DNA from: Lytechinus pictus
Lineage: Eukaryota
Assembly: GCF_037042905.1 (NCBI RefSeq)
Contig: NC_087245.1
Span: forward strand, 24,120,001 to 24,184,000
Length of the DNA: 64,000 bases
Direction: 5' to 3'
In this document: positions 35,400 to 48,762 of the stretch, one piece after another
Layout: the number at the start of each line of letters is the position of its first letter
Position numbering within the stretch: position 1 is the stretch's first letter
Notes under the pieces: generated by a model
Told to the model about the DNA's origin: nothing
Database searches by the model: none
What the model saw: only the letters and a program-made list of their open reading frames with translations
Program-made: the position numbers and the translations under genes

Positions 35400-37337
35400 T
35401 CTCCTGTCTTCCAGAGACTTCTCAATGTCCTTCCCAATCCAGTTGTGGTACTTCTGAGTTCTGTAATGACATTTAAGGAGAAAAAAATATTTTAACTCTA
35501 TACAGCAATTAGTTATTGTGTCAAATTTTGAAATGCAAAGGTTTTTCATATTGTAATATGAATGATTTGTACTGATAGTAATCAATTTTATTTACATCAC
35601 ATTCACTGTTAACCTTAAGATGGGCTAGCTTTTGTGGCTACTCCATGGCCAGATGGTTGTATACACGTACCCAACCCTTGCCCCCCCCCCCAAAAAAAAA
35701 AAAAACCTGCAGCTGAACGAGCACAAAATTTCAACAATGGTAATGTGAGATGTATTCTGCAAAGCGATTTTGCTTACTTTTCAAAACTAAGAGAGGCATA
35801 ACATAAGCGATTTTGTGTCTCGCCCACTTATGAAAATAACCAGAAATATCATGATTTGCAAGGGCACGCAACATATATAATTATTATTATAATAATTATT
35901 TATAATCACATATTAAATTTTAGTATTTGTTAAATAATAATTTGTATCTATAAATTGTTCTTCAAAACGGCATTTTGTAACATCACTAATCGCAGGTACG
36001 TAACGAAGCAGTTGATGGGCGAGACCTATTGTATTTGCTTTGTTGACAAACGGATGAGGGATCTACGAGAGATCGGTCTGGTAAGAAACCTTCCATGTTT
36101 CGCCTTTTCATTAACCAATTTTGGAAACTTTCATACCCATTAGATGATTAGGCGTATGAAGGTGTAAACAAAACAAAATCAAAATCATTTACGTGATTTT
36201 TATCTTAAAAGATGGATTTCCTAGGGAAATCCATCTTTGTTTACAAGTGTCTGTCTTCCGGGGGGCTTCCGGGGGGCTGCCCTTCCTGTCATCAGAGGGT
36301 TAAAGCCTCCTGTAGGTTCCAGGATGCTGTAAGCACTAGGAGCATGATTTTTACTTGCACTTCACCAATTTTATTGTAAATAGAATTCCAACAAAATTGT
36401 CTGCACCATCACCTTCTGTCACAGCACATCCCATCCCAGTTTAGCTTGGAAGAGCTGCTTAAGGGATTATTCCTTCAAGGTTCAAGGTTGTCTCTTTAAA
36501 TGGCAGGTGGTTCAAGGCTCCATGATGAAGAAGTATGTCAAAATATAAAAAAATTATCATCATGGAGTCCTCAAGACTATCGACTAGGACCTACATGTAC
36601 ATTAAACTTAGACATTATCTCACTCACTCAGGCACACATTATCATTAAAATTTACAATATCTCACCTCCATCATCTCTTTGTTTCGCCGGACGGAAACGA
36701 CAGGCCTGTTGTACACTTCCCCAGTCCTCTTCGATTGAGCAAGTTGCCCGTTGACTTGAAGAAACAAAGACAAAGTGTGGACTCCGAGTTCTTGTCCCTT
36801 TCGCTCGAACTGCTTGGCTGGCTCTGCTGGGACGGCCGCGCCCGGGCCGGAGCGAGTGACCACAGACAGTGAACAAATACGGCACGACCACTACCGGTAC
36901 CAGCTGAAGAAGATGAAACTCTCGTAGTTTTAACTCGTAATTAAAAATGTCAATAATAACGCGTAAGAGAACTTCAGAAGATAGAAACACTTAAACAGTA
37001 AAACGTGATCCAAAACAAAAACAATGTCGAGAAGAGCTATTTTGGCTTAATCAAGGACAAGGTTATCGAGAGCGGTTTGTAATCAACAGATGTCATGTTG
37101 TGAAAAAACTAGTACCGTATGCGTTCGAGGTCCGTGGCAATGCATGTGCAGCGATGTGCAGCATGCGTGACACATCCCCTATTGTTATAGCGAGAGCAGG
37201 GCTATTATTCTATTGGTCTCGATAAACTTTAATCTCCATTCGATTCCCTGACTCTGCTTTTGTTTTGCAAGTACGCTCCTAGCTAGGGTTACAGCTATTC
37301 TACGAACCGAGACCCTAACATAATTATGTCAAATTAT

Positions 37338-37549
37338 TTCACAACACAACACAACATTATATCAATGATGAATCGTTTGTCATATGATTAGAATGAGCAA
37401 AAAGAGATGTTTTGGGGTACATTTTCAGTGTCCAAAAGGGGAGAGTTGTCCAGTTTTGGACACTGAAAATATACCCCAAAACATCTCTTTTTGCTCATTC
37501 TAATCATATGTCTTGACAAACGATTCATCAATGATATAATGTTGTGAAA
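37338..37549. repeat. fold-back (hairpin) MITE, ~90-bp arms
   Basis: CACAACATTATATCAATGATGAATCGTTTGTCA..TGTCCAAAA mirrored by TTTTGGACA..TGACAAACGATTCATCAATGATATAATGTTGTG. Confidence 0.8.
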
Positions 37550-40345
37550 CCTCTGTACTTGTCCTCTCATAAAGAGAACACCTCACCTTGTGATAGGCTC
37601 TATAAAAGTGAGAATATAAGTGAAATAAGTACTAAAGTAATGAGGGAGTTGTACGTGTGTGACATCACAGATCTTGGTCGCATTGCCAATGAGAGGATCT
37701 ACATGGCATTAGTGATCTCAATATTCAAATGCTCATAACTTTCTTATTATTCATTCAATCTTCCTCAAACTTTCAACAATATGTTTCTTTGATTTTTCTC
37801 TTTTATATGGATTCAGCTGGGTTCAAGGGTTTCATTCTCCTTTAATACATGCATGACGCATCTCATGTTTTGTGGATGATTTGGAATAATCGCTTGTGCT
37901 CGAGTATAAATGCGTCTGTGTATACAGACTATCATGCTATTGTCAATGTGCCCCGAATGTGTGCATGATAGATAGCATATGACCATGAGCATGGAAGATG
38001 AAAAACTGGGCATTATTGACCGTCCTTTAAAAAAAATGGCCGTGGTAAAAAAAGGTTGGTTCAAAAGAGTAAATCCATGGTCTTGTGATGATTAAGGATG
38101 ATATCTATTTCATCTGACATTAACGTTTTATCAATTTTGATTGTTATTAAAACAAACATGTGCCACTATTACTTTAGTCATGCAAATTACATGACATTGT
38201 CTTCCATATTTTTCCTTTATTCCTTACAATCGAATGGATAAAAACCAGGGAGTTGGGAGTGGATGAACTGCTATAAGCTAGCCTATATACTTTAAAATTT
38301 AAATTGTTAACTTGTCCTTCTACATTCAGATCTTTGCATGGGTGTCGATCCCGGGGGAGGGGGTATTATACCCCCCCCCCCCCCGGCCCCCGGCCTTGTA
38401 TATTAAAGCGTAGTACTTGTAGTCTTATAAGGATTGCAACCTCTACTGGCGTGCGTGATGTTGGGCTATAGGATCGACCATGGAAGAAAAGGGGTGAATT
38501 TGATAAATATAGGCCCTATATTTGTTTATGTCAAAACTTGTTACAAAATCAAATTCCGATTAAAACGATGAAAATGTTTGCTCGCTGGCTTCGCCTTCTC
38601 ATTTTTTTCTAAAATAGATTTTGCCTATTATGTTATGTCTGGACCGCGCAAAATGTATGCATCCCCACCCCCCCCCCCCCCATCGAACTAACAAAAAATC
38701 CCTCACAGAGAACAAAAGTTTGGTCTGTCATCCCATTGCCAGAAGCAGTGGGGGGGGGGGTTACTCCCTCCCTAAAAAAAAAGGAATAGGCCGGGCCTAC
38801 CGAAAATGTTTTACTTTGGAAATTGGAAATTGTAACAAAATCAAGGCATTATAATTGTGCACAAAATCCTTCGATTTCATTTAGACAATGCCAGAGCGCC
38901 CCATGGCATGGACCTATCCACGGAGGACTCCCCAGCCTCCCCCCCCCCCCCCGCTTCCGCGGCCCCTGTTGGTAGCTCTTGCATATAGCAGGTCTACTTT
39001 GCGTTATTCAGATGAGACGTGGAGAAATTATATTGCTTGCAAAAAAAACGCTCCTCACAGGTTATTTATCGGCCTAAATCATATTAGAGAAAATTGAAAA
39101 AATATTAGCCAAAATACGGGAAGAGATATAGGCCTACCCTGTGTGGTAGGACACGAATATGTGACGATTCAAATTAACAGTTGCTATCAGCTTACATGTC
39201 ATGCTGTTCAGCATGTTCAGTCAAAATTAACGCCACACATAATTATGGGCTGAGTATTCTTACACGCCCCTTCGCAAAACATTTTTGTTCGTCCTTTCAG
39301 TTCCACAAACTTAACTGAGCGCACATTCTTGTCATCAGACTGTCTTCACCTCAGAAATGAGTATTTCCCCCTAAATAAGGCATTCAATTTTGTGACGCCT
39401 GTTTTGGCACTTAAATCAGTTAATCATCTTTTGGTTGAAAATGCTATAGGCACGGATAGGCCTTGAGGAAGTTCCTTCAAAATGGCCGTGATATTATGAA
39501 GAACTAAAATCAGAGCAGAAAAGATACATCAATACATTGGTTTAGGGGGGCTAAAATTGTGTTTCTCGTGTAACGGGAGACCTCAAAATGCAAAATTTCC
39601 ATTTGAGTATATACTCTAGAAACTAGCGCATGTTATTTTTATTGTTTATTTCAGAAAGAGTGGTCATATTGCAAGTGAGTAATCCATTTAGCATATCAAA
39701 TACTTTTTTGAGAACTTAATGCCGAAAAATACTTTTCAATGTTTCTGATGTAAAAAGTAAATAGTAAATATTTTCAAAGTGTACTTTGAAGTGGACACTT
39801 AATGTTTAAATAGAAACCACAAATAATGCATAAATTAAGTAGAAATTTTAGCAATAACATAAAATAAGATTTAATGAAAGCAATGCATGGTGTGTCACAA
39901 CGTAATATTTGGGGGGTCACCAAATTCATCTACAAAATACAATAATGACCATACTTTTCATTATTTTTTATATTATTGCTAATCATTCTTTCTAAACATA
40001 AAACTATATGTAATGGCTACCAGAAAAAATCTTTAGAAAGGTAATATGCATTCTACACCCAAAAGTCGGTGTTTCCCATGTAAGCCATTTAGGCCGGGGG
40101 ACACCAAACCTTACATGGCATATAGTAACAATATCTTTTGATTGTCATTTTCTCTGAAAATTAATATGGGTTTTTCTGTACCTTTTTCGTATCAATAGAC
40201 AAATCATTTTTTTAGATTGTTCTTTGGGCCTGATAGCGCCATCATAAAATGATGAAAAGTGTCCCTGACTGACACATACACACCCGATCACGAAAAGAAA
40301 ACAAAAATAGGTTAGAAATGAAAATGAAAGTCATGTATTTTATAT

Positions 40346-41629
40346 CAACTGCGTAGACAGGATTTAATTTTGGAGGGGTGGTAAGTGCACGCGAAGCGTG
40401 CCAACACTTACAGAGCGCGCGAAGCGCACTCTCGAAGGAAAGGGTGTAGGGAAGTTCTTGATATCTCATTAATTTAATATGAAAAGAAGACATCTCTTGC
40501 ATCTCTAGTATCCTTATCAACTCGCCCCCACTTGCTGTGATTAAAACAAATGTATTTGAAAGAAATTACGAGCTTCCCCAAATTAATGGGAAAAGATTTT
40601 TAAAACCGTTGAATGATATAATACCGCACGAAGCGCGGAAGCTAAAACGTTTTATAAAATTGAGAACAGAAGTGGCATAAAATGCCTACCTTGGTCGCAT
40701 CATATTTGATGATGAAAACTTTAGCCACAGTAGATGTCTTTAGATCACAAATAGTAGAAGACGGGTATGCAATGAGGAAATATTCCTTTCCGCGAATGGT
40801 TTTGAAGCTCTGAATTGAAACTTTAACCTGCTCTAATTTTGATATTTCTTAGATTATAAATGGATAACGATGAAAAAGGAAGCTCAAAATGTGAAAGGGC
40901 CCAGTGATGCAAGCCAGACTATGAGAGGGACTTTTCATTTCCCTTCCACGTGAAATACGGTAACATCTGTGATTTATTTCGGGAGAATTATTAATTATGA
41001 TTCAGAAAGTTCAGTGATATTCAAAATTTCAAATCAATCGCACAAAACAAGACAGGAGATGGGTGTAACAGCGATACAGAATAAAGTTTCATCGTACATA
41101 TAGCACGGCACGAATTTATAATGCCTCGAGCCCCTTTTGAGCAGATACTTTGCCACAAATTACTCACTGAAAAGTTGGAAGATATCATAATAATTATGGG
41201 AATTAACTCTGGGAGTGGCGGGAGTGTTGACCCGCTCCGAACAGAAGAGCCGAAATTTTGTGTCAATGCAATTTAAAAAAGAATCATCATATTTTTTCTT
41301 AAATTTATGTATACTCTATAATTTATGGCAAGAATATACAATTCCCATAGATGGGAAGGGGAAAAACCGTATCATATAGTTTGGATAGAGCTCGAAAGCA
41401 ATTTTTTTAATGAATTATAAGAGAGAAAACTGAACGTCTCATTTAGGTTTTTATTCTTTTGACAAAAAAAATACCAAAAGAGAAAACATTAGGGCTGTAC
41501 CCATCTTCCCTCTCTTCGCTTTTCCTTTTCCTTTCTTCTTCCCTTTTCCTCTCTTATTCTTTTTAGAGCGTTTTTTTGTTGGGGGGGGGGGGCGACCACC
41601 CCCATCGCTTCCCCCTGGCTACGCGCCTG
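40346..41629. mobile_element. hAT-like non-autonomous element
   Basis: CAACTGCGTAGACAGG ... CCTGGCTACGCGCCTG; imperfect TSD TTTTATAT/TTTTATTA; homologous to 57637-59042. Confidence 0.75.
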
Positions 41630-41809
41630 TTTTATTATGGTGCTCCTCGTTTGAGGTAAATCTTAAACGGAATTCCTAAAACCTTCACCAATATTTTTTT
41701 TCGACTGCTTTTTACAACAAACTTTTCTTCAGGGAGAACTTTCCCTTCTTTTAAAAAGGTATACACTTTCCAACACACACCCGCTCCCATCTATTACGGA
41801 CATGCACAT

Positions 41810-42800
41810 ACACATGTACCTTCTTAAGGGATTTAACATATATTTGGATGTGAATAAGAATTGTTTAGAACTAGGTGAGATAATCGATAGTGATAGAGTA
41901 TTAGAAGAAGAAATAGAAGAAATAAAAAACAAAGTTGAAGATATTTTCAATCGCCAGTTCTTATTGGATTTACGTAATGATCGAGCAAATGATGTTGAAC
42001 AAAATAAATTGATAACTTAAGTTTTTAAACAGAACATACAAACAGAGAAATATCTATTAACTGTTAAAAATCAGAAAATACGGAAAAACATCTGTCGATT
42101 CAGAATAAGTTCCCATAATTTACCCATTGAAACTGGAAGACATAGACGTCCAGATTAAATACCCTCACATTTAAGAACGTGCAATAATTGTAATTCAGGA
42201 AGGGTTGGGGATGAGTATCACACGATAATAGAATGTTATGTACACACAACTGAAAGGGTGGTGTTTTTTGACAAAATAGCTGAAATGTATATACAGTTTA
42301 AGAACCTTAGCGATGAAGACAAATTTATATTCATAATGAAACTTGATAATGAAAATTAACATAATTGATAATTTTTGTAAGTTCTTCAATGCGATTATAA
42401 ATAATAGGGGTGAGTTTTAACATCAAGTACATTTTATTTTCTTTTTAAATTTCATTCAAAATATCTAAAATCCACCAAAGCCACCATTACCAAAGATATA
42501 TCTCTAACGTTATACATTTATTTATTTCCTGATTTGTATTCGATAATAACTTATGTATATTGCATTATGCTACACCTTCTTTATGTTAAATTTCAATTCG
42601 TCATTTCTCTTTGTATATATATAGATGTATATCTTTATAATAATTGGAAATCTATGTATTGATGTATTGCTGGTTTATACGACATACATGTACAGTTATG
42701 AATGTTTTTGTTTATGTTATCATTGTAGGCCTATATATTTTAAAACAAAATATTCATGCCATATGAATGAAGTTTGTTAATAAATTCAAATTCAAAATTC
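41810..42800 (+). mobile_element. 5'-truncated CR1/L2-group (Crack-like) LINE
   Basis: Interrupted ORF2 C-terminus EKYL..RKNICRFRISSHNLPIETGRH..RTCNNCNSGRVGDEYHTIIEC, AT-rich 3'UTR, AATAAA(TTCAAA)n tail. Confidence 0.85.
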
Positions 42801-43205
42801 ATGTACGGAACCGTACATCATGTATATAGGTCCATGATCATACCATGGAGGTAGACCAGTAACATACAAAGAAAAAAATACGAGACACAATACAAGTTAC
42901 GCACCCTCACACACACCATGGACCTATATGTTCAGCACACACACACACTGGACGACGGCGCCCCTGTCCACCCTATAGATACCCTATGCCCACGGCCACA
43001 CGATAGTACGCGTGCAAGAAGCTTGATTTCGCAATCAATCGCACGTGTGTTTTGTTTGTACACAAATCTGACGTTGGGCATCACTGACACTGCACTGCTT
43101 AATAATTGCATCTCGAAATCTAAACTGTTCACTCGTAAATCTAAGTACTTTTCATTCAGCACACATTTGCAATGTGGACTAAATTTAAACGAAGAAGAAT
43201 ATACG

Positions 43206-43438
43206 ATGGCGACGAAGCGCGACATCTTTTCGAAGCTCTCTATTTTACAGAAGAGGAAAATGCTGCAACAAGTGAAGAGGCCACCAGTTTACGGGCCGGA
43301 GTACGGCTTAGCCTTAGGCGGGGACGACTCCCAGGCCAGCCTAGGAGTCGAGTTTTTGCGATTTGACATCAGCTACGGGTTTGAAGATTGCAACAAGCAA
43401 CGACGTTGTTCGAGCAGATCCCGTTGGCGAAGAGAGAG
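43206..43438 (+). other. possible first exon (MATKRDIFSK...) of the downstream transposase-derived gene or an unrelated transcript
   Basis: GC/CpG-rich island with acgATGG start, open frame and strong donor gag|GTAAGG at 43438/43439; in-frame link to later exons not demonstrable. Confidence 0.3.
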
Positions 43439-43814
43439 GTAAGGCGCGCCTATTAAAGGCTAAGCCTACTTAAGTTACTTAACCTAGCCTAAGCCTTAGC
43501 TTAGCCTTTAAAGTTTAAGTTTAAATATAGGCTATATTTTTAGTTTATTTAGTACTACTTTACTGGGGATTACATACATGTACTAGACTAAAGTCTAGAC
43601 CTTTTTAGGCTATCCTCGAGTCTGTCTAGTCTAGGCTACATGCATCATTGTACATGTATGAATTGTAGCATAGAGCAATTGCCTTGGTCTCTGTTAAATT
43701 GGTTGTTCCGCCACCAAAGACTGTTTAGTGTTGGCTCGATCCACCTACCAATTACAGAGAAATTAAAAAAAATATTTAGTAACTCCTTGAGACAGACGGC
43801 ACCCAGCTGTCTAG

Positions 43815-44622
43815 GGGTGCGTTTATCCGCCACTTTTTTACCCTAGAATCATGATCTGAATCATGATTCAAATCATGATTCTGCAGAATCACGATTGCGT
43901 TTAGTCGAAATTGAATATAATCATGATTAGAATCACAAACATGAAACACGAAAAAAGGGGCGTTTGGAAAGACGTTTCTGCAGAATCACGTACGAAAATG
44001 TTCGAATAAACGATATCGTGATTTGAATCATGATTCTATGACCTCACTGTTGTGTCGGGCTACTTTCGGTTTGACTCTTGCCTAGCTCAATGCGCTGTAT
44101 GTACATGAATATGTACTACGCATGCATTTCTTGTCATGTTCAAGCTCTGTGTTGGTCATCGCATCGTCCACTACTGTTCATTTATTGGTCATGTCTTCAA
44201 CTTCAAGTTCTATAGTAAATGAATTAACTGGACAGACAATGATCTCAGTTGTTGAGTATACAGTATCAATACTAAATTGGATCTACGCTGAAATTCACTT
44301 CCGAACACCATCTTGGATAAACTAACAAGATGAATAGAAGCATATGGACCATATATGATAGAAGTAAACAAAATGAGGTATAGACTGAATTCTGGAAGCA
44401 AAAGATTTTTCGAGAGCCGAAACACGTGCGAAAAACTTCCTCTGTCAAACTGCGCACTAGTGATGCGCACTGGATTGGCCCGAATCTGAGGAGAAACGGC
44501 ATTGGAATGAAGGTCGTCTAAACGCTGATTTTTTGATATTGTGATTCATGTTTGTGTTTTGAATCATGATTCAAATCATGATTCAAATCATGATTCTGGC
44601 TTGAGGTCGCATAAACGCAGCC
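43815..44622. mobile_element. PIF/Harbinger-like MITE
   Basis: TAG TSD; GGGTGCGTTTAT / ATAAACGCAGCC TIRs; subterminal AATCATGATTC repeats. Confidence 0.8.
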
Positions 44623-44839
44623 TAGATCTACAATGTAGATGTAGCATGACTAGACCAAAAGATTTCGGTCTCTGTTATGTTGGTTGTTCCGCTGAACTCC
44701 GTTGGCTCCACTCACCAAATACAGAGACCGAAGTTGTAGCTCGATCTGTACAGGGACTCAATGGCCATATGTTTATGTATTAAGTTCAGATCAACCTGGG
44801 AAGTGGGAGTTGCGCGACAGCCGAAGTAAGTCACTGTTT

Positions 44840-45790
44840 TCCCCCCTTTTAAATGCTTGCTGATTTTGTTAAAATTATATCTAAACACAGGAAGCACTTG
44901 TAGTCATTATAACCATGATTAACATACGCATCTCACTATTGCAAGCGCGAAGCGCGAGCTGAAAATTTAGGAAATTCAGACCTGAAGAGGGGCATTCTAA
45001 GGCTTGTTTGTAGGAATGCACTAAGACCATACGTATTTCACTAATCAAATGATGCGAGTGCGAAGCGCGAGCTGAAAATTTTTGATATTCAAATCAGAAA
45101 AAGGGACATCTTAAGGAATATTTTTAAAGAATCCATTAAGAGTATACATATCTTACCATAGTCAACTAATGTGAATGCCAAGCACTTGCTGATTTGGTTA
45201 GAATTACATCTAAACACATGAAGCACTTTTTTAGTCCTTGTAATCATGATTATCACATGCATCTCACTAATCAAATATTGCGAGCGCGAACAGAAAATAA
45301 AGGAAATTCAGACCTGAAGAGGGGCATTCTAAGGCTTGTTTGTAGGAATTCACTAAGACCATATGTATTTCACTAACTAAATGATGCGAGTGCGAAGCGC
45401 GAGCTGAAATTTTTTTATATTCAAACCAGAAAATGGGACATTTTAAGGACTGATTTTAGGAATTCATGAAGAGCAGATATCTCACCAATCCTTTAATGCG
45501 AACGTAAGCACGGACAGGAAATGTTTTATATTAAGACCGTAAAATGGGCCGATCACTTTTAGTAGTCATGAAAAAGAAGAATATGTCACTACATAAAATG
45601 ATAATAGCTCGAAGTGCGAGGAAATGTATTTGTTGTATATTAACTTGTATATTAACTCTCAAATATACTTGAAAACTATAGTATTCCGAAAAAATATTTG
45701 ATCTATTATATCTCGTTAAACAGACAATGCAAGCACCAGGAACAATGAAGACATTAGCCCTGAGCAAATCATGTTTCATAAAGTTATGAA
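44840..45790. mobile_element. internal fragment of a GCGCGAAGCGCGAG-repeat DNA element, with ~333-bp tandem duplication
   Basis: AGGAAATTCAGACCTGAAGAGGGGCATTCTAAGGC recurs at ~44968 and 45301; same motif family as 48763-50283. Confidence 0.6.
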
Positions 45791-45809
45791 AAAAGTGTTT
45801 TTATGCAAA

Positions 45810-46360
45810 AACGTGATTATATGTGTACAAAGTCAATGCAAATTGACATACATAAATGTATGATTATTTTTACTTTGGTTGGTTAAGATAGATTTATTTT
45901 ATGTTGTTTATGTTCGCAAAAGGATTTCCGACAAAGTCCATCGAAAAAAAACAATAAAAACAAAGGTTTGAAAAAACAAAGAAATACATAAGAATAAAAA
46001 AAACAATAAGATACATAATAAATTGATTATTTTTCTTCAATTTTGTTTAGATTATTGGTAGAAATGTAAAAAATTAGAATTCTACTAGCTTTATAAATTG
46101 AGTTAAAGGCAAGAACATACACAAAAACGCCTAATTAGGGCAAACTTCATACGTTTATTTGCATAATTAATTAATTAATTTAAAAAGTGTAAGCAATTTA
46201 GAAAAATTTTTCTATTCGGTCTTGTAGTTTACATCCGGCTCTAAGCACATGCAAATTTTTGCGGCAATTGCGCAATCAACCGCCGAGATCTGAGGGGGGA
46301 GGTCAAATTGACCCCCCCCCCCAGTATATGTTGGTCTGAAATAGCCCAGTTAAGATAAGG
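45810..46360. mobile_element. piggyBac-like MITE, one end lost
   Basis: Reverse-oriented homolog of 13194-13872 ending ..GATAAGG|TTAA. Confidence 0.65.
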
Positions 46361-46818
46361 TTAAGGGTATTTATCTCACTGATTTTAACACAGATAAAAT
46401 ATTTTATTTTATCTGAGATGAAATGGATCTCAGAATACCACCCCCGACCCCCCCCCAAAGTAGTGAATCTTATATGGTGACATTTATTGAATTCACTCAA
46501 TCTGAGTACACTGTACACTTGCAATGTAGATTTTGCAAACATTGCATTGGAAATTTCATTATTACTAAGTTGCCATAATTTTTGTTGTATATTGCTTAAT
46601 AACATGGATAGAATTATTAATAGTAATGTTCACTTAGGAATGCACCATTCAAAGAAAAATATCAAAAGAGTTCTTTTTTATATAGGTACTTTGAAATAGT
46701 TCTTCATGCAAAAAAAAATAACATAGAGGCCACCCACAATATTGACAAATAAAATTAATTGCTGGCTTTTATTTATTCTGATGTATTACTTTGCTTTTGC
46801 ATTGATTACTTTTCCTTG

Positions 46819-48113
46819 TTTTTAGCTTATTTCGCGGCGTTGCATCCGTCGTCTTTCGTCCGTCCACAATTCCAAAATGCTTTGTCATTTCAAGTCCGAT
46901 TTCAATTCTGTTTGCTTTATATGATAGCACAGGTGGGGGATTCAAAACTTCTACACAGAATTTTGAAACTCATTAAATATGCTAATTCATGCGCATTTTT
47001 TCAAAATTCACAAAAAATGCTTCTTTATTTATTGACAGATTTTGATTTTTTGCTTCCACCTGGTAGAGCTTTATGAAGTTCACCAAACTTCTACGCAGAA
47101 TTTTGAAATTTTGACTAAAACATTTTTTATGCTAATTGAAGCGAAATTTTTTAATGCATATTTTTCAAAATTCACATAAAATGCTTCTTTATTTGTTGAC
47201 TGATTTGATTATTTTTTCTTCCATCTGGTTGAGCTGCATGAGGTTCACAAACTTCAACAAATAATTTTGACTAGAAAATTACTTAAATGCTAATTTATGC
47301 AAAATTTATTCATAATCACAAATAAATGCTTTATTAGTTGGTCAATTTTGATTTTTTTTTCCCTCCATCTGGTGGAGCTACATGAGGGTCACCAAACTTC
47401 CCCACAGAATTTTAAAATGTTGACTAGAAAATTATGCTAATTTGTGATATTTATGCGAAATTTATCAATAAATCACAAAAAATGCTTATTTCTCCTTCAT
47501 TTGTCAAAATTTGTTTGCTTTATATGTTATACCGAGGTTGTTTTACCTGACTGCTAAGAAAGCACGAATGCCTGTGAGCAAGCAACCAGGGGACCAACGG
47601 CTTAAGGTCCTCTCCGAGGGACCTGGTAATGAGGATAAATGCCTTACCAAAGGGCACTAGCGCACCACTTGGGAATCGAACCCGAGTCACCGGAATCCGA
47701 AACCCCCGCTCTACCGACTGAGCTATCGCGCCTCCAGGTGGGGGATACAAAATTAGAAATCATTAAATATGCTGCATGTATTTCATGCATATTTTTCAAA
47801 ACTCACAATAAATGCTTCTTATTTATTTGTTAACCGATTTTGATTTTTTTTGTTCCATCTGAGAGCTACATGGGGTTCACCAAGGTTTTACACAGAATTA
47901 AGAAATTTTGACTAGAAGATTATTTATGCTTATACAATTTTTTTTTCATAAATCACAAAAAAGCTTCTCTCATTTATTCATCAATTTCAATTCTGTTTCC
48001 TCAATTTATGTCACCAATATAATTCACTACATTGTCAACTGGGCTGAAATTAAAAATTGTGTTCAATTTCTTTGCGAGTTGCCGGATGAGCTCCACATCA
48101 TTGATGTGCTAGT
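46819..48113 (+). mobile_element. Helentron-associated (HINE/DINE-1-like) element with internal ~170-bp repeats
   Basis: TTTTTAGCT 5' end, (CGTC)n microsatellite, tandem subrepeats, 3' GATGAGCT sub-TIR plus CACATCATTGATGTG hairpin and CTAGT. Confidence 0.6.
47520..47735 (-). mobile_element. tRNA-derived SINE (V-domain-like core), well preserved
   Basis: Minus GGAGGCGCGATAGCTCAGTCGGTAGAGC..GGTTCGATTCCC, then GTGCCCTTTGGTAAGGCATTT..GGACCTTAAGCCGTTGGTCCC. Confidence 0.85.
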
Positions 48114-48762
48114 ATTGTATTAATTTACCTTTTTAAAGTCAATGGTTAAGCCCACCAGTAGCTGAAGTAACCTTATTTTATGATTTGGCCCGATAACTTG
48201 TAATGTAACTACATGTACTACTACTTCTAGCATCATTAGTGTATGAAAAGTAGGAATGGAAATATTTCTTTTTTTTTTAAAGTGAATAGTCTTGTGTATC
48301 ATGTGAAAGAAACTCAGATTCATTAAGTTGTATGTGGTATTAAAGAATGACCATGTGCCATCCATTGACCACCCATTAACAAAATGGATGTACCAAACAA
48401 ACCCATATTGATGTTCTGAAAGTATTATTTAGACTGAGATATTTTGTCTCTAAATTATTTTGGAATTTGTTCTTCCTAAGATGCAAAACAAGAGTATTTT
48501 CCTAATTTTGAATTCCAGTAAATTTAAAACTTAAAACCTTTCATTGATACTTCTCTGCAATCAAGACAGGAAGTGCCTAATTACTGTGTCAAAGTTGCTC
48601 TAGGCTGATTTGAACGAGTTCTAATCCTCTTTTTGTTACCTTGTACAATAGTGTGAGGGTAAGCTTGCTTCAATAGACTTGCCAAATTTAATCCCTCTTT
48701 TGTCAAAAGTAAACATCTGTGGGAGTCAAAGTTCTTCTCTTGGTAATGAGGGTTATAACATC

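Noticed and set aside
47660..47735. tRNA gene on minus strand
   Set aside because: A and B boxes are present but the acceptor stem does not pair well, there is no oligo-T terminator, and it continues into a SINE core.
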